64,000 nucleotides of DNA from Candidatus Aenigmatarchaeota archaeon (GTDB lineage: Archaea; Aenigmatarchaeota; Aenigmatarchaeia; Aenigmatarchaeales; JACQIB01). This document shows positions 48,298 through 57,571 of the stretch, piece after piece; within the stretch, counting starts at the first letter, position 1, and every line of letters starts with the position of its first letter. A program made the translations under genes and the position numbers. The stretch spans positions 96,001-160,000 of the forward strand of contig JACQIB010000005.1 of NCBI GenBank assembly GCA_016198755.1, in the 5' to 3' direction. Under the pieces are notes generated by a model. It ran no database searches and was not told the origin of the DNA. It saw only the letters and a program-made list of their open reading frames with translations.

Positions 48298-48906
48298 ATG
48301 GAACCTGATATTATTGCTGTTGTTGTTCACAGGGGATTTGTTTATGCTGATACTTTCATGAGCATTTGGGACATGAAAAAGCCTGGAAAATTCAGGTTAG
48401 CTTCTGTTAAAGGGGGCATGCTGGATACTGCTAGGAACAGGGCAGTGCAGGAATTTTTAAGGGATACAAAAGCTACACATCTGTTTTTTGTGGATTCTGA
48501 TATGGTTTTGCCAGCTGATGGGCTGGTAAAGCTTTTAGCACATGGAAAGAGTATTGTTTCTGGTATTTATTTCAAAAAAGAAAATCCATATTACCCTGTT
48601 ATTTGCAGGGAAGCTGGGAAAGGGTATGAGCCTGTTGAGGACTATACTGAAGGGTTGATAGAAATAGATGGGTGTGGGGCTGGCTGTTTGTTGATTTCAA
48701 GGGAAGCTGCTGAAACTATATTGAAAATTGTGGGGGAGGAAAATGGCTTTCCAGCGTTCTTTAGTTTTGCGCATGGGATTAGCGAGGATTTTTGGTTTTG
48801 TGAGAAAGCAAAGGAAGCTGGTTTAAAGATTTTCTGTGATACAACCGTTAAGTGCGGGCATTTAACAGAAAATGCTGTTACTGAAAGGGACTGGAAGGGA
48901 AAATAA
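48298..48906 (+). CDS. GT-A fold glycosyltransferase-like protein
   Basis: ARN, THLFFVDSDM, GAGCLLISR, SEDFWFC, CGH; GAGGTGG RBS. Confidence 0.75.
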   Translation: MEPDIIAVVVHRGFVYADTFMSIWDMKKPGKFRLASVKGGMLDTARNRAVQEFLRDTKATHLFFVDSDMVLPADGLVKLLAHGKSIVSGIYFKKENPYYPVICREAGKGYEPVEDYTEGLIEIDGCGAGCLLISREAAETILKIVGEENGFPAFFSFAHGISEDFWFCEKAKEAGLKIFCDTTVKCGHLTENAVTERDWKGK

Positions 48907-48959
48907 GACATTGTATAAAGCTTTATAAACTTCCTGCTATATAGGAATTCAAGGTTCTT

Positions 48960-49673
48960 ATGGAAGCAATGCCAGAATTCATGGGATATGATAGAGCTAT
49001 AGTAACCTTTTCCCCTGATGGGAGGCTCTTTCAGGTAGAGTATGCAAGAGAGGCTGTTAAGAGGGGAACAACTTCTTTGGGTCTTATTTACAGGGATGGA
49101 GTTGTTTTTGCTGCTATGAGGCCTTTAGAGGAACTTGCTATACCAAATACTGGTTCTGATAAGATACACCAGATAGATGATAATTTAGGAACTGCTATAT
49201 CGGGATTTTTGGCAGATGGCAGGGTTTTGGTGGATGCTGCAAGGGTAAAGGCACAGGTTTATCGTTTAACTTATGATGAAGTTTTGAATGTTACAGGAGT
49301 TGTAAAAGATATTTCTGACAGGATGCAGTTGTTTACACAATATGGAGGAGTAAGGCCTTTTGGAGTGGCTTTGTTGGTGGGAGGTGTGGATGAGAAGGGA
49401 CCGCAGTTGTTTGAAGTTGATCCTTCCTCAGCATTCTACAGCTGGAAAGCACAGGCTATTGGAAAGGGATTTGCAGAGGCTATAAAAATTCTGAAAAAGG
49501 AATGGAAGGAAGGGTTGGGAGAGGAGGAGGCAATAAAGATTGCTCTCACTGCCCTAAAGGCTGGGGAGAAGGGAATAAAACCAATGGAAATTGAGCTTTC
49601 TGTTATAGATGGAAAAGGATTTAGAAAGTATGCTGGAGAAGAAGGAGTAAAGTTTATCAAGAAATATATGTAA
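48960..49673 (+). CDS. psmA: proteasome alpha subunit
   Basis: GYDRAIVTFSPDGRLFQVEYAREAV. Confidence 0.97.
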   Translation: MEAMPEFMGYDRAIVTFSPDGRLFQVEYAREAVKRGTTSLGLIYRDGVVFAAMRPLEELAIPNTGSDKIHQIDDNLGTAISGFLADGRVLVDAARVKAQVYRLTYDEVLNVTGVVKDISDRMQLFTQYGGVRPFGVALLVGGVDEKGPQLFEVDPSSAFYSWKAQAIGKGFAEAIKILKKEWKEGLGEEEAIKIALTALKAGEKGIKPMEIELSVIDGKGFRKYAGEEGVKFIKKYM

Positions 49674-49714
49674 TTTTTCTGGGCTATAAATAGTTTTTCT
49701 AAGAAAGGTTTTGA

Positions 49715-50323
49715 ATGCTACCTAAGCTTGCACTTGATTTGGATGGAACTTTAGCTGATTTGCATTCTGTTATTTTGCCGGAAGTTTCAGCTGAAACAGG
49801 GAAGGTTATTACAGCCAATATGATAACCAGCTGGAAAGCGCTGGCTAGGTACACTGGTAAGTCTTCAGAGGGTTGGAGATATGAGCAGGTATGGGACAAG
49901 TATAAGGATAGAGTAGAAGTTATACAGCCGTATGAACGCGGGCTGGATAGATTAACAGAAAGATTAGGAAAAGTTGCGGAAGTGGATATTGTAACAGCTC
50001 ATGAGGAAGGTTCGAGGGAGCCTATCAGTGAATGGCTGGGACTGTATGGAGTAAAATATAGGGAACTTGTTATAGTTCCTTTAAAATCTAATAAAGAGGA
50101 GTTGTGTAGACATGGGATTTTTGTGGATGATAGTGACAGCCTTGCAAGAAGGATTCAGGAAAAGCAGAGAGTAAGAAGAGTTACGGGAGATCAGGAAAGG
50201 CTGTTGGAATGTTTTCTGTATGATCAGCCTTACAATAGGGGAATTGAAAATGGGAACGGGGTTTCAAGAGTTAGAAGCCTTTTGGAAGTTGTTGAGATTT
50301 TAGAAGGAAGGGCTGAGGCATAA
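49715..50323 (+). CDS. HAD 5'(3')-deoxyribonucleotidase-like protein
   Basis: ALDLDGTLAD, IVTA, IFVDDS, YDQPYNR. Confidence 0.75.
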   Translation: MLPKLALDLDGTLADLHSVILPEVSAETGKVITANMITSWKALARYTGKSSEGWRYEQVWDKYKDRVEVIQPYERGLDRLTERLGKVAEVDIVTAHEEGSREPISEWLGLYGVKYRELVIVPLKSNKEELCRHGIFVDDSDSLARRIQEKQRVRRVTGDQERLLECFLYDQPYNRGIENGNGVSRVRSLLEVVEILEGRAEA

Positions 50324-50356
50324 ACCTATTTTAACCTGTGCGCACAAATTGCCCGC

Positions 50357-51055
50357 ATGGTTTCAGTGGATAAGGCTGTTATTGCAAGGATAAACAAAGC
50401 TGGAAAAAAGTATGAGGTTCTTGTGGATCCTGAGCTGGCTTTAGCTTTCAGAGGAGGGAAAGCTGTTGAAGCTGGAAGTTTGCTTGCAGTGGAGGAGGTT
50501 TTTGAGGATGTTGGGAAGGGAACCAGAGCTGCTGCTGCTGATTTAACAAAAGCTTTTGGAACTGGAAATGCAAAGGATGTGTGCCTGAAAATTGTAAAGG
50601 AAGGGGAGGTTCAGTTAACAACTGAACAGAGAAGGAAAATGCAGGAAGAGAGGGAGAGGGCTGTTGCAGCTATTATTTCAAAGCAGGGAGTTAATCCGCA
50701 GACAGGAGCTCCGCACCCTATAGACAGGGTTCTGAGGGCAATGGAACAGGCAAAAGCCAGAGTTAGTATAGAGCGCTCAGCAGAAGAGCAGGTGGAAGCT
50801 GTGTTAAAAATTGTACAAACTGTTATACCAGTTAAAATAGAGAAAGTGCAGGTTGCGATAAAAATACCTGCTCAGTATTCTGGAAGAGGTGCAGGGATTG
50901 TAAGGGAGTTTGGATACCCTCAGAGGGAGGAATATTCTGGAGATGGATCCTATTTGTGTGTTTTAGAGCTTTCAGCTGGAATGCAGCAGGATCTTTTCAG
51001 CAAATTAAATTCTCTTACACACGGGGATGTTCAGATAAAGCCAATTAAAAAGTAA
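50357..51055 (+). CDS. ribosome maturation protein SBDS/Sdo1
   Basis: YEVLVDP, GEVQLTTEQRR, NPQTGAPHP. Confidence 0.93.
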   Translation: MVSVDKAVIARINKAGKKYEVLVDPELALAFRGGKAVEAGSLLAVEEVFEDVGKGTRAAAADLTKAFGTGNAKDVCLKIVKEGEVQLTTEQRRKMQEERERAVAAIISKQGVNPQTGAPHPIDRVLRAMEQAKARVSIERSAEEQVEAVLKIVQTVIPVKIEKVQVAIKIPAQYSGRGAGIVREFGYPQREEYSGDGSYLCVLELSAGMQQDLFSKLNSLTHGDVQIKPIKK

Positions 51056-51111
51056 GGCATTTGCCGATGTATAAATTTTGTTTATAAGCCTTATAGTTAG
51101 TAGTTTATTTT

Positions 51112-51483
51112 ATGGGTGGATTGGATCCGGAAACAAAAGCTGCTGCAGATAGATTAGTAGATAAGTTCTTTGGAACTCCTGGATTTGTTTATTTGGACTT
51201 AGCTGAAATTGGTAAAAGACTTGGTAACGATGGAGCTGCATATGCATGTGCTCGCATAGGAGATGGTATAAAAAAACAAGTTGTTGCTGGAAAAGCACGA
51301 GAAACACGCGGAAGTCCAGCTGATGATGGAAGCAGCATGCTGCCTGGTTCAACATTTATGTTAGCTTATGATAATACAAAAGAAACTGGAGATCCATGGT
51401 ATCATTGGGAACAGGATATGAGTGATCCATGGGCTGTTTCTAGAATGACGCGGATTGGAAGTGAACCAGTTACTTTACATTAG
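51112..51483 (+). CDS. hypothetical protein (ORFan)
   Basis: 123 aa with its own TTTATAA box, between sdo1 and rrp4. Confidence 0.6.
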   Translation: MGGLDPETKAAADRLVDKFFGTPGFVYLDLAEIGKRLGNDGAAYACARIGDGIKKQVVAGKARETRGSPADDGSSMLPGSTFMLAYDNTKETGDPWYHWEQDMSDPWAVSRMTRIGSEPVTLH

Positions 51484-51623
51484 ACTTGAATGTATTATAG
51501 TTCAATATTTTTTGGAGAGCGGTAGCTTTAAATAGTTCTCAGGGGAAGAAGTGAGCAGTAAATTGGTTGGGCTGAATGGTACAGTTTGTTCTTCGGTCCT
51601 GCCTTTTGAAGGAAGGGAAAAAC

Positions 51624-52394
51624 ATGGTTGAGCTAAAAACTGTGAAATCAGAATTGGTAGCAAAAGAGAGAGATATAGTTTCACCTGGGGATTTGCTTGC
51701 ACGCGGGTTAGATTTTCTGCCTGGTTCCGGAGCTTATAGAGCCGGACAGGAAATAAAGAGCAAATATTTGGGTTTGGTTAAGACAAAAGACAGGCTTGTT
51801 ATTGTTGTGCCTTTGTCCGGAGTTTATATTCCAAAGTCCGGAGATGGGGTAATAGCTTTTATAGAGGATATGCAGCCTACTTTCTGGATAACAAACATAA
51901 ACAGTCCATATGATGCAATTTTGCAGGTTGGAGAAGCTGTGAGTGAGTATGTGGAACAGGGAGCTGATATTTCTGTATATTATGATATTGGGGAAGTGAT
52001 ATACGCAAAAGTTCTGGATGTTACAAGAGGGAAGCAAGTTAGATTAACAATGAATGATTATAAGGCCAAAAAATTAGTTGGTGGTAGATTGTTAACAATA
52101 ACCCCATCAAAGGTTCCAAGGGTTATTGGAAAAGAGGGTTCTATGATTGAGGTTATTAGAAGCAAGACTGGAACTATGCTTACTGTTGGGCAGAATGGGC
52201 TTGTTTGGCTTAAGGGAGGATATGAGGGGCTGGCTACAAAAGCTGTTTTAATGATTGAAAAGGAAGCTCACACTGAAGGGTTGACTGACAGGGTAACGGA
52301 GTTCCTTGAGAATGAGCTGGCTGCTGCCGGATTAAAGCCGCCTGCAGCGGAAGTTAAAATGATAAAGAAAGTTAGAGGGGAAGAAAATGAGTAA
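51624..52394 (+). CDS. rrp4: exosome RNA-binding subunit Rrp4
   Basis: VSPGD, YIPKSGDGVI, PSKVPRVIGKEGSMI, VGQNG, EAHTEGLTD. Confidence 0.95.
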   Translation: MVELKTVKSELVAKERDIVSPGDLLARGLDFLPGSGAYRAGQEIKSKYLGLVKTKDRLVIVVPLSGVYIPKSGDGVIAFIEDMQPTFWITNINSPYDAILQVGEAVSEYVEQGADISVYYDIGEVIYAKVLDVTRGKQVRLTMNDYKAKKLVGGRLLTITPSKVPRVIGKEGSMIEVIRSKTGTMLTVGQNGLVWLKGGYEGLATKAVLMIEKEAHTEGLTDRVTEFLENELAAAGLKPPAAEVKMIKKVRGEENE

Positions 52395-53115
52395 GATTGG
52401 AGCTCCTGAAAAGCTTATTGTAAACGGGAAAAGGCTGGATGGAAGGGAATTGAAAGATTTCAGGCCTATAGTTTTGGAGTCTGGAAACCTGAAAAGAGCC
52501 CTTGGTTCAGGACTTTTCAATTTTGGATCAACGCATGCTATTGCTGCTGTTTATGGTCCGCGCAACCTCCATCCCAAATGGATGCAGGATCCTTCAAGGG
52601 CTGTATTGAGATGCACCTATACTATGGCACCATTTTCAACAACAGAAAGGAGCAGGCCTGGCCATTCAAGGAGGAGCACTGAAATTTCAAAAGTTGTTAA
52701 AGAGGCGCTCTCGCAGGTTATTTTCTTTGAGGAATTCCCGAAAGCTGTTATAGATATTTTCATAGAAATTGTACAGGCTAATGCAAGCACGCGCTGTGCA
52801 GGGTTGAATGCTGCTGCAATTGCTTTGGCTGATGCAGGAATACCAATGAGGGATTTGGTTAGCTGCTGTTCAGTAGGAAAGATAGATGGAAAGATTGCTC
52901 TGGATATGGCCGGACTGGAGGATAATTTTGGGGATGTGGATATTGCTGTTGCAACAGTTGGGGGAACTGATAAGGTTGTATTGCTTCAGCTGGATGGAAT
53001 TTTGAGCAAGGAAGAGTTTTTTGAAGCAATTGATTTGGCTGTGGATGGATGCGCAAAAATAAATGATATGCAGAAGAAAGTTTTAGTTGAAAAATACAGA
53101 GGGGAAGAAAAATGA
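52387..53115 (+). CDS. rrp41: exosome exonuclease Rrp41
   Basis: RLDGR, VYGPR, YTMAPFSTTER, RRSTEIS, ALADAGIPM. Confidence 0.95.
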   Translation: MSKIGAPEKLIVNGKRLDGRELKDFRPIVLESGNLKRALGSGLFNFGSTHAIAAVYGPRNLHPKWMQDPSRAVLRCTYTMAPFSTTERSRPGHSRRSTEISKVVKEALSQVIFFEEFPKAVIDIFIEIVQANASTRCAGLNAAAIALADAGIPMRDLVSCCSVGKIDGKIALDMAGLEDNFGDVDIAVATVGGTDKVVLLQLDGILSKEEFFEAIDLAVDGCAKINDMQKKVLVEKYRGEEK

Positions 53116-53882
53116 TAAACAAGAATGAAAGTTATGTGCGCAAGCTTATAGAAGATGGGACTAGGGAAGATGGAAGAGGATTGACTGATTTCAGGGAAAT
53201 TTCTGTTAAAACAGGTGTTATAGAGACTGCTGAAGGATCTGCTGAAGTAAAGATTGGAAACACAATGGTTTTGGTTGGAGTTAAAATGGAAGTTAAAGAA
53301 CCATATCCTGATTCTCCAAATGAGGGGGGATTTGTTGTGGATGCAGAGTTTGTTCCTTTGGCTTCACCTGATTTTGAAAATGGGCCTCCTGGGGAAGAAG
53401 CTGTTGAGCTGGCTAGAGTAGTTGATAGAGGGATAAGGGAGAGCCATGCTGTTGATATGGAAAAGCTTTGTATTAAGGAAAAGGAAGCTGCATGGACCGT
53501 GCATATAGATATACATGTGCTTGATCATGATGGGAATTTGATTGATGCTGCTTCTATTGGAGCAATGGCTGCATTGCTTGATACAAAAATGCCGAAATGG
53601 GATGCAGATAACAAGAAAATTATAAGGGAGCTTAAAGGGAAGCTTCCTGTTTCTGATAAGCCTGTGGAAATCACTGTTATAAAAATAGGAAACAAGCTTT
53701 TGGTTGACCCGACAGCAGAAGAGGAATCTGCATTGGATGCAAGGCTGACAGTTGCTACATTGGAAAACGGGGAGTTATGCGCAATGCAAAAGGGCGGGGA
53801 TGGATACTTTACTGTTCCTGAAATACAGCAGGCTGTTGAGCTTGCGATAGATAAGGGCAAGGAACTGAGAAAGCTGTTATAG
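53112..53882 (+). CDS. rrp42: exosome subunit Rrp42
   Basis: REDGRGLTDFR, AEGSA, ELARVVDRGIRES, DGNLIDA, VDPTAEEE. Confidence 0.95.
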   Translation: MINKNESYVRKLIEDGTREDGRGLTDFREISVKTGVIETAEGSAEVKIGNTMVLVGVKMEVKEPYPDSPNEGGFVVDAEFVPLASPDFENGPPGEEAVELARVVDRGIRESHAVDMEKLCIKEKEAAWTVHIDIHVLDHDGNLIDAASIGAMAALLDTKMPKWDADNKKIIRELKGKLPVSDKPVEITVIKIGNKLLVDPTAEEESALDARLTVATLENGELCAMQKGGDGYFTVPEIQQAVELAIDKGKELRKLL

Positions 53883-53890
53883 GGGATTTA

Positions 53891-54166
53891 ATGGCTACAA
53901 AAAAGGTTGGATCAACAGGAAGATTTGGGCCGAGATATGGAACAAGGACAAAAAAGATAGTTGCAATAATGGAAAGCACCCAGAAAAAACCGCAGCAGTG
54001 CCCATACTGCGAGCGCATGGCACTGAAAAGGGTTGCTGCAGGCATTTGGGAGTGCAATAAATGCGGGAAGAAATTTGCTGGAGGAGCTTATTTCCCTTCG
54101 AGCGCAGTTGGTTCAGAAATGCTTAAAAGGATGGAAGTTGAAAAGATGGAAGAGACAAGTGAATGA
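53891..54166 (+). CDS. rpl37ae: 50S ribosomal protein L37ae
   Basis: GRFGPRYG, CPYC, GIWECNKC, FAGGAY. Confidence 0.95.
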   Translation: MATKKVGSTGRFGPRYGTRTKKIVAIMESTQKKPQQCPYCERMALKRVAAGIWECNKCGKKFAGGAYFPSSAVGSEMLKRMEVEKMEETSE

Positions 54167-54167
54167 T

Positions 54168-54302
54168 ATGTACAAGTGCGTTAGTTGCATGAAAAGCATA
54201 GAATTTGATAATTTAAAGGAAAAGATACGCTGCCCTTACTGCGGGTACAGGATTATTGTAAAGGAAAGGCCGAAAACCGTAAGGAAAGTTCTTGCACGGT
54301 GA
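54168..54302 (+). CDS. rpoP: RNA polymerase subunit P (Rpo12)
   Basis: MYKCVSC...IRCPYCGYRIIVKER. Confidence 0.92.
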   Translation: MYKCVSCMKSIEFDNLKEKIRCPYCGYRIIVKERPKTVRKVLAR

Positions 54303-54306
54303 GCAA

Positions 54307-54528
54307 TTGAAAGCTGATATTGAAATAGACTGCAAGGATTCTGAGATTGTTTTGAAATCTATTGAACCTGATATGGAACAGACAAAAAAGTTTTCTGTTT
54401 CTTTGAAAGCCGGAAAGGGAAAAGTTCTGCTTTCTGTCAGCTCTGAAACAATAGCAGGATTAATGGCTGGGGTTTCCAATTACCTAAAGCTTATAAGGGC
54501 TGCTGCAGAAACAGTAGAGAGGATTTAA
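54307..54528 (+). CDS. pcc1: KEOPS complex subunit Pcc1
   Basis: TTG start after GGTGA; SIEPD, LMAGVSNYLKLI; conserved position between rpoP and pfdB. Confidence 0.78.
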   Translation: MKADIEIDCKDSEIVLKSIEPDMEQTKKFSVSLKAGKGKVLLSVSSETIAGLMAGVSNYLKLIRAAAETVERI

Positions 54529-54897
54529 ATGCCAGAAACAATATCGCTTCCGCCTGCAGCACAGCAACTTTTCATGCAGTTGCAGACTTTCCAGCAGCAG
54601 TATCAGGCTATTGTTTTGCAGAAGGAGACTATGGGAATGCAAAAAATAGAGACTGAGAAAGCTCTCGAAGAACTGGCAAAAGTTGGAGATAAGGAAGAGG
54701 TTTACAAGGCTGTTGGACCGATTTTGGTTAAAAGCACTAAATCAGTGTTGGTTTCTGAGCTAAAGGAAAAGAAAGAGACTGGAGATTTAAGGGCTAAGTC
54801 TCTGGAAACACAGGAAAAGAAACTCAAGGAAAAGCTGGAAGAGATTCAGGGAAAACTTCAGTCTCTTTTAGTTTCACAGCAGAAAAAAGCTGCTTAA
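54529..54897 (+). CDS. pfdB: prefoldin beta subunit
   Basis: QQQYQ, ALEEL, VYKAVGPILV, coiled coil. Confidence 0.93.
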   Translation: MPETISLPPAAQQLFMQLQTFQQQYQAIVLQKETMGMQKIETEKALEELAKVGDKEEVYKAVGPILVKSTKSVLVSELKEKKETGDLRAKSLETQEKKLKEKLEEIQGKLQSLLVSQQKKAA

Positions 54898-55307
54898 GGT
54901 TTGACTGCTTCTTTCAAAACCAAATCAACGCCCGGAGGCAATCCAGCTCTCCTTCTGTCAAACACACGACCACCGGTTGTAGGTAGGGGTTTTGCACCAT
55001 ATGCTGGAGTTGTTGCACCATAAGCATTTCCCTTACCCATTTGTGCAATATAATCTGCAACAGCCCTATTCGTATCATCTGCAACCTTTGCTAAAACAGC
55101 TGCACCGCCACCAACAATTCTGCCTTCTCCATTTGTTGGAAGCATAGCCACATATCCATTAATAGGATGCCTTATATCGAGATATTTATTAAATGCATCT
55201 GGATCTATAGCTGGATGTTCTTCTACCAATACCCTAACAGCTGCAACCCTTTTTTCATGTAAAATCTCTGAAGCAGTTCTCCCATCCAAAGTTACTGTAA
55301 CTACCAT
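54894..55307 (-). CDS. hypothetical protein (ORFan)
   Basis: 137 aa, antisense insertion within the superoperon with its own TATA-like box. Confidence 0.6.
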   Translation of the reverse strand: MVVTVTLDGRTASEILHEKRVAAVRVLVEEHPAIDPDAFNKYLDIRHPINGYVAMLPTNGEGRIVGGGAAVLAKVADDTNRAVADYIAQMGKGNAYGATTPAYGAKPLPTTGGRVFDRRRAGLPPGVDLVLKEAVKP

Positions 55308-55419
55308 AGTTTCACTACTGTTAAATATATATTTAAACCTGCTGTTTTTACCCGCGGAAGCGAGTTATAATTCTGCAATCAGCGATGTTGGGAAGCTTTT
55401 AAAAGTTAACTGTAGAAGA

Positions 55420-56391
55420 GTGGATATGGAAGAGCTTGTGAAAGCTGTTGGGAAGCTGAAAGGGAAGGGACTTTTGCTTACGCATCATAATGCTGATTTG
55501 GATGCTGTTAGCTCTGCACTTGGATTAAAATATGGGCTGGGAAAACTTGGGCTGGAGATGGATATAGGAGTTGCAGAGTCTGTTTCAAGGGCTGGGAAAA
55601 AGCTGCTGGGGAGTGAAGAGATTATAGTGGATCCTGACTGTAAAAACTATGAATGGGTTTTTTTGGTGGAAACTTCAGTTCCAGAACAATTAGCTTCAGT
55701 TAAAAATCTTAGGGTAGATTTGATTTTAGACCATCATCCAGCTGGTCCGCTGGTTAAGGGAGCTAAAGCTGTTTGGATAGATGAAAAGGAAAAAGCTGCT
55801 GCATTAATGGTTTTTAGGCTTTTGAAAGTTCTTGGAGTGGAAATAACAGCAGAAATTGCAAAGATTCTGCTTGCTGGTATTGTAGCTGATACAGCGCACT
55901 TAAGGCTGGCTGAGAGGGGGGAATTTTTGGTTGTTGCAGAGCTGCTGGGAACAGGGGTTAAGTTTTCTGATGTGCTGAACACAATTGAGGGGGAGGTTGA
56001 TTTTTCAGAAAGGGTTGCTGTTTTAAGAGCGCTGGGAAGGATAGAGGTTTACAGGCTGGGGGAGCTTTTGGTTTGCTTTACAGAGATTGGTAGTTTTGAA
56101 TCACAGACTGCAAGAGCTTTGGTAAAAGCTGGGGCTGATATTGCTGTTGTTTTTGACAGGAAAAAAGAAGAACTGAGAGTTTCTAGCAGAGCTAAAAAAA
56201 CTATAGAGGACAGGGGGATTGATTTGAGCATATTGTTTATAGAAGTGGGAAAAATAATCGGTGGGACCGGCGGAGGCCACCCTACAGCTGGATCTGCTAA
56301 CGGGAGGAAGGTTAAGGCTATTCCTGAGGTTATTGAATTTTTGCTTGGAGAACTTGAGAAAGTATATGGAAAGGCAGAAAGGCTGGAATGA
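55420..56391 (+). CDS. DHH-family phosphoesterase
   Basis: THHNADLD, LDHH, GIVADT, SSR, GGGH. Confidence 0.88.
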   Translation: MDMEELVKAVGKLKGKGLLLTHHNADLDAVSSALGLKYGLGKLGLEMDIGVAESVSRAGKKLLGSEEIIVDPDCKNYEWVFLVETSVPEQLASVKNLRVDLILDHHPAGPLVKGAKAVWIDEKEKAAALMVFRLLKVLGVEITAEIAKILLAGIVADTAHLRLAERGEFLVVAELLGTGVKFSDVLNTIEGEVDFSERVAVLRALGRIEVYRLGELLVCFTEIGSFESQTARALVKAGADIAVVFDRKKEELRVSSRAKKTIEDRGIDLSILFIEVGKIIGGTGGGHPTAGSANGRKVKAIPEVIEFLLGELEKVYGKAERLE

Positions 56392-56402
56392 ACTTTAAGT
56401 TG

Positions 56403-56837
56403 TTACAAACCATGACCTGGAGCCACGCGCCTGGCCACTTGAACAGGTCTTTCTGGGGCCATACTCCTTACAAAATAATCATAATCTCTTGTGGATAGAC
56501 TATAACGTGCTAAGGCTTCATCAATATGCCCTGCACCCATAACTATCATGTCACCAAGACAGACAGATCTTTTCATTTGCTGTTCAAAACCATGGAAACC
56601 ATTTGGTCCATCATTACCTTTGATTAAGACTCCATTCATGAGTTCTACGTTAGCGTGGTTTACTTCACACCCGCTTCCAGTGTAAACTCTTTCTAACTTT
56701 CCCATATACGCATTTGAACTCCAAACTCTATCACGGACTCTATCACGGGGCCGGATAAGAACATAACCATGCTCTCCTTGGAGGGGACTGAGCATTTCTT
56801 TCCAAGTTTGTATGTCATTTATTATAATAACTGCCAT
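56403..56837 (-). CDS. hypothetical protein (ORFan)
   Basis: 144 aa, Arg-rich and Lys-poor. Confidence 0.6.
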   Translation of the reverse strand: MAVIIINDIQTWKEMLSPLQGEHGYVLIRPRDRVRDRVWSSNAYMGKLERVYTGSGCEVNHANVELMNGVLIKGNDGPNGFHGFEQQMKRSVCLGDMIVMGAGHIDEALARYSLSTRDYDYFVRSMAPERPVQVARRVAPGHGL

Positions 56838-56918
56838 TGAAAAAATAGAGCTGCAAAGGCTTAAATAGCTCGCTTTACAGTAAGCTCTTAGAGGGTTGAA
56901 TAATGGGGGTTGTGATTC

Positions 56919-57170
56919 ATGTTCGAGCAGATAATTCCTTTACTACAGCAGATAGCAGAAGACAGAACAGTTCCGAGGAACATAAGAACAAAGTGTGAGG
57001 ACTGTATAAAGAACCTGAATTCTGGGACTGAGGAAATGAGCATAAGGGTTAATACTGTTATTTCATGCTTGGATGAGGTTGCAAATGACCCTAATTTACC
57101 TATGTATACTAGGACACAGGTATGGAATATTGTAACCGCTTTGGAAGCTGAAGCTAAGGGGGAGAAATAG
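56919..57170 (+). CDS. UPF0147 family protein
   Basis: DRTVPRNIR, DPNLPMYTRTQVWNIV. Confidence 0.9.
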   Translation: MFEQIIPLLQQIAEDRTVPRNIRTKCEDCIKNLNSGTEEMSIRVNTVISCLDEVANDPNLPMYTRTQVWNIVTALEAEAKGEK

Positions 57171-57235
57171 GGAAAAAGGGAGATATTTATATATGCTAAT
57201 CGACTATAATTAACATAAAATATGGAGGCGATAAA

Positions 57236-57571
57236 ATGGTTCTAGAAAAGCTGTTTGGAAAGAGTGTTGGTGGAGAAGAGAGTTATATTGAGTTAGATAC
57301 TAGCGCAGCTGGAGCTGAGGGAGGAAAAGTTCCTATATTTGTTGATAAACTGGTGGATTTTGCTGATTCTGACAGAATACAAAAGTCCCTGAGAAATGGC
57401 TCTATTGTTTTGGTTAAAATAAAGCCATTGAAAGAAAAGGATATGAGCGAGCTAAAAAGGGCAATAGAAAAGCTCAGAAAGACATGTGTTGCACTGAACG
57501 GAGATATTGCAGGTATAGATGAGGATTGGATTATACTCTGCCCCTCGTTTGCGCGTATTGCAAGAGACTAG
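57236..57571 (+). CDS. sepF: cell division protein SepF
   Basis: GSIVLVKI, ELKRAIEKLRK..GDIAG..WIILCP. Confidence 0.85.
   Translation: MVLEKLFGKSVGGEESYIELDTSAAGAEGGKVPIFVDKLVDFADSDRIQKSLRNGSIVLVKIKPLKEKDMSELKRAIEKLRKTCVALNGDIAGIDEDWIILCPSFARIARD

Noticed and set aside
56725-56748. 12-bp tandem duplication ACTCTATCACGG x2
   Set aside because: Simple in-frame slippage (RDRV x2) with no wider pattern.
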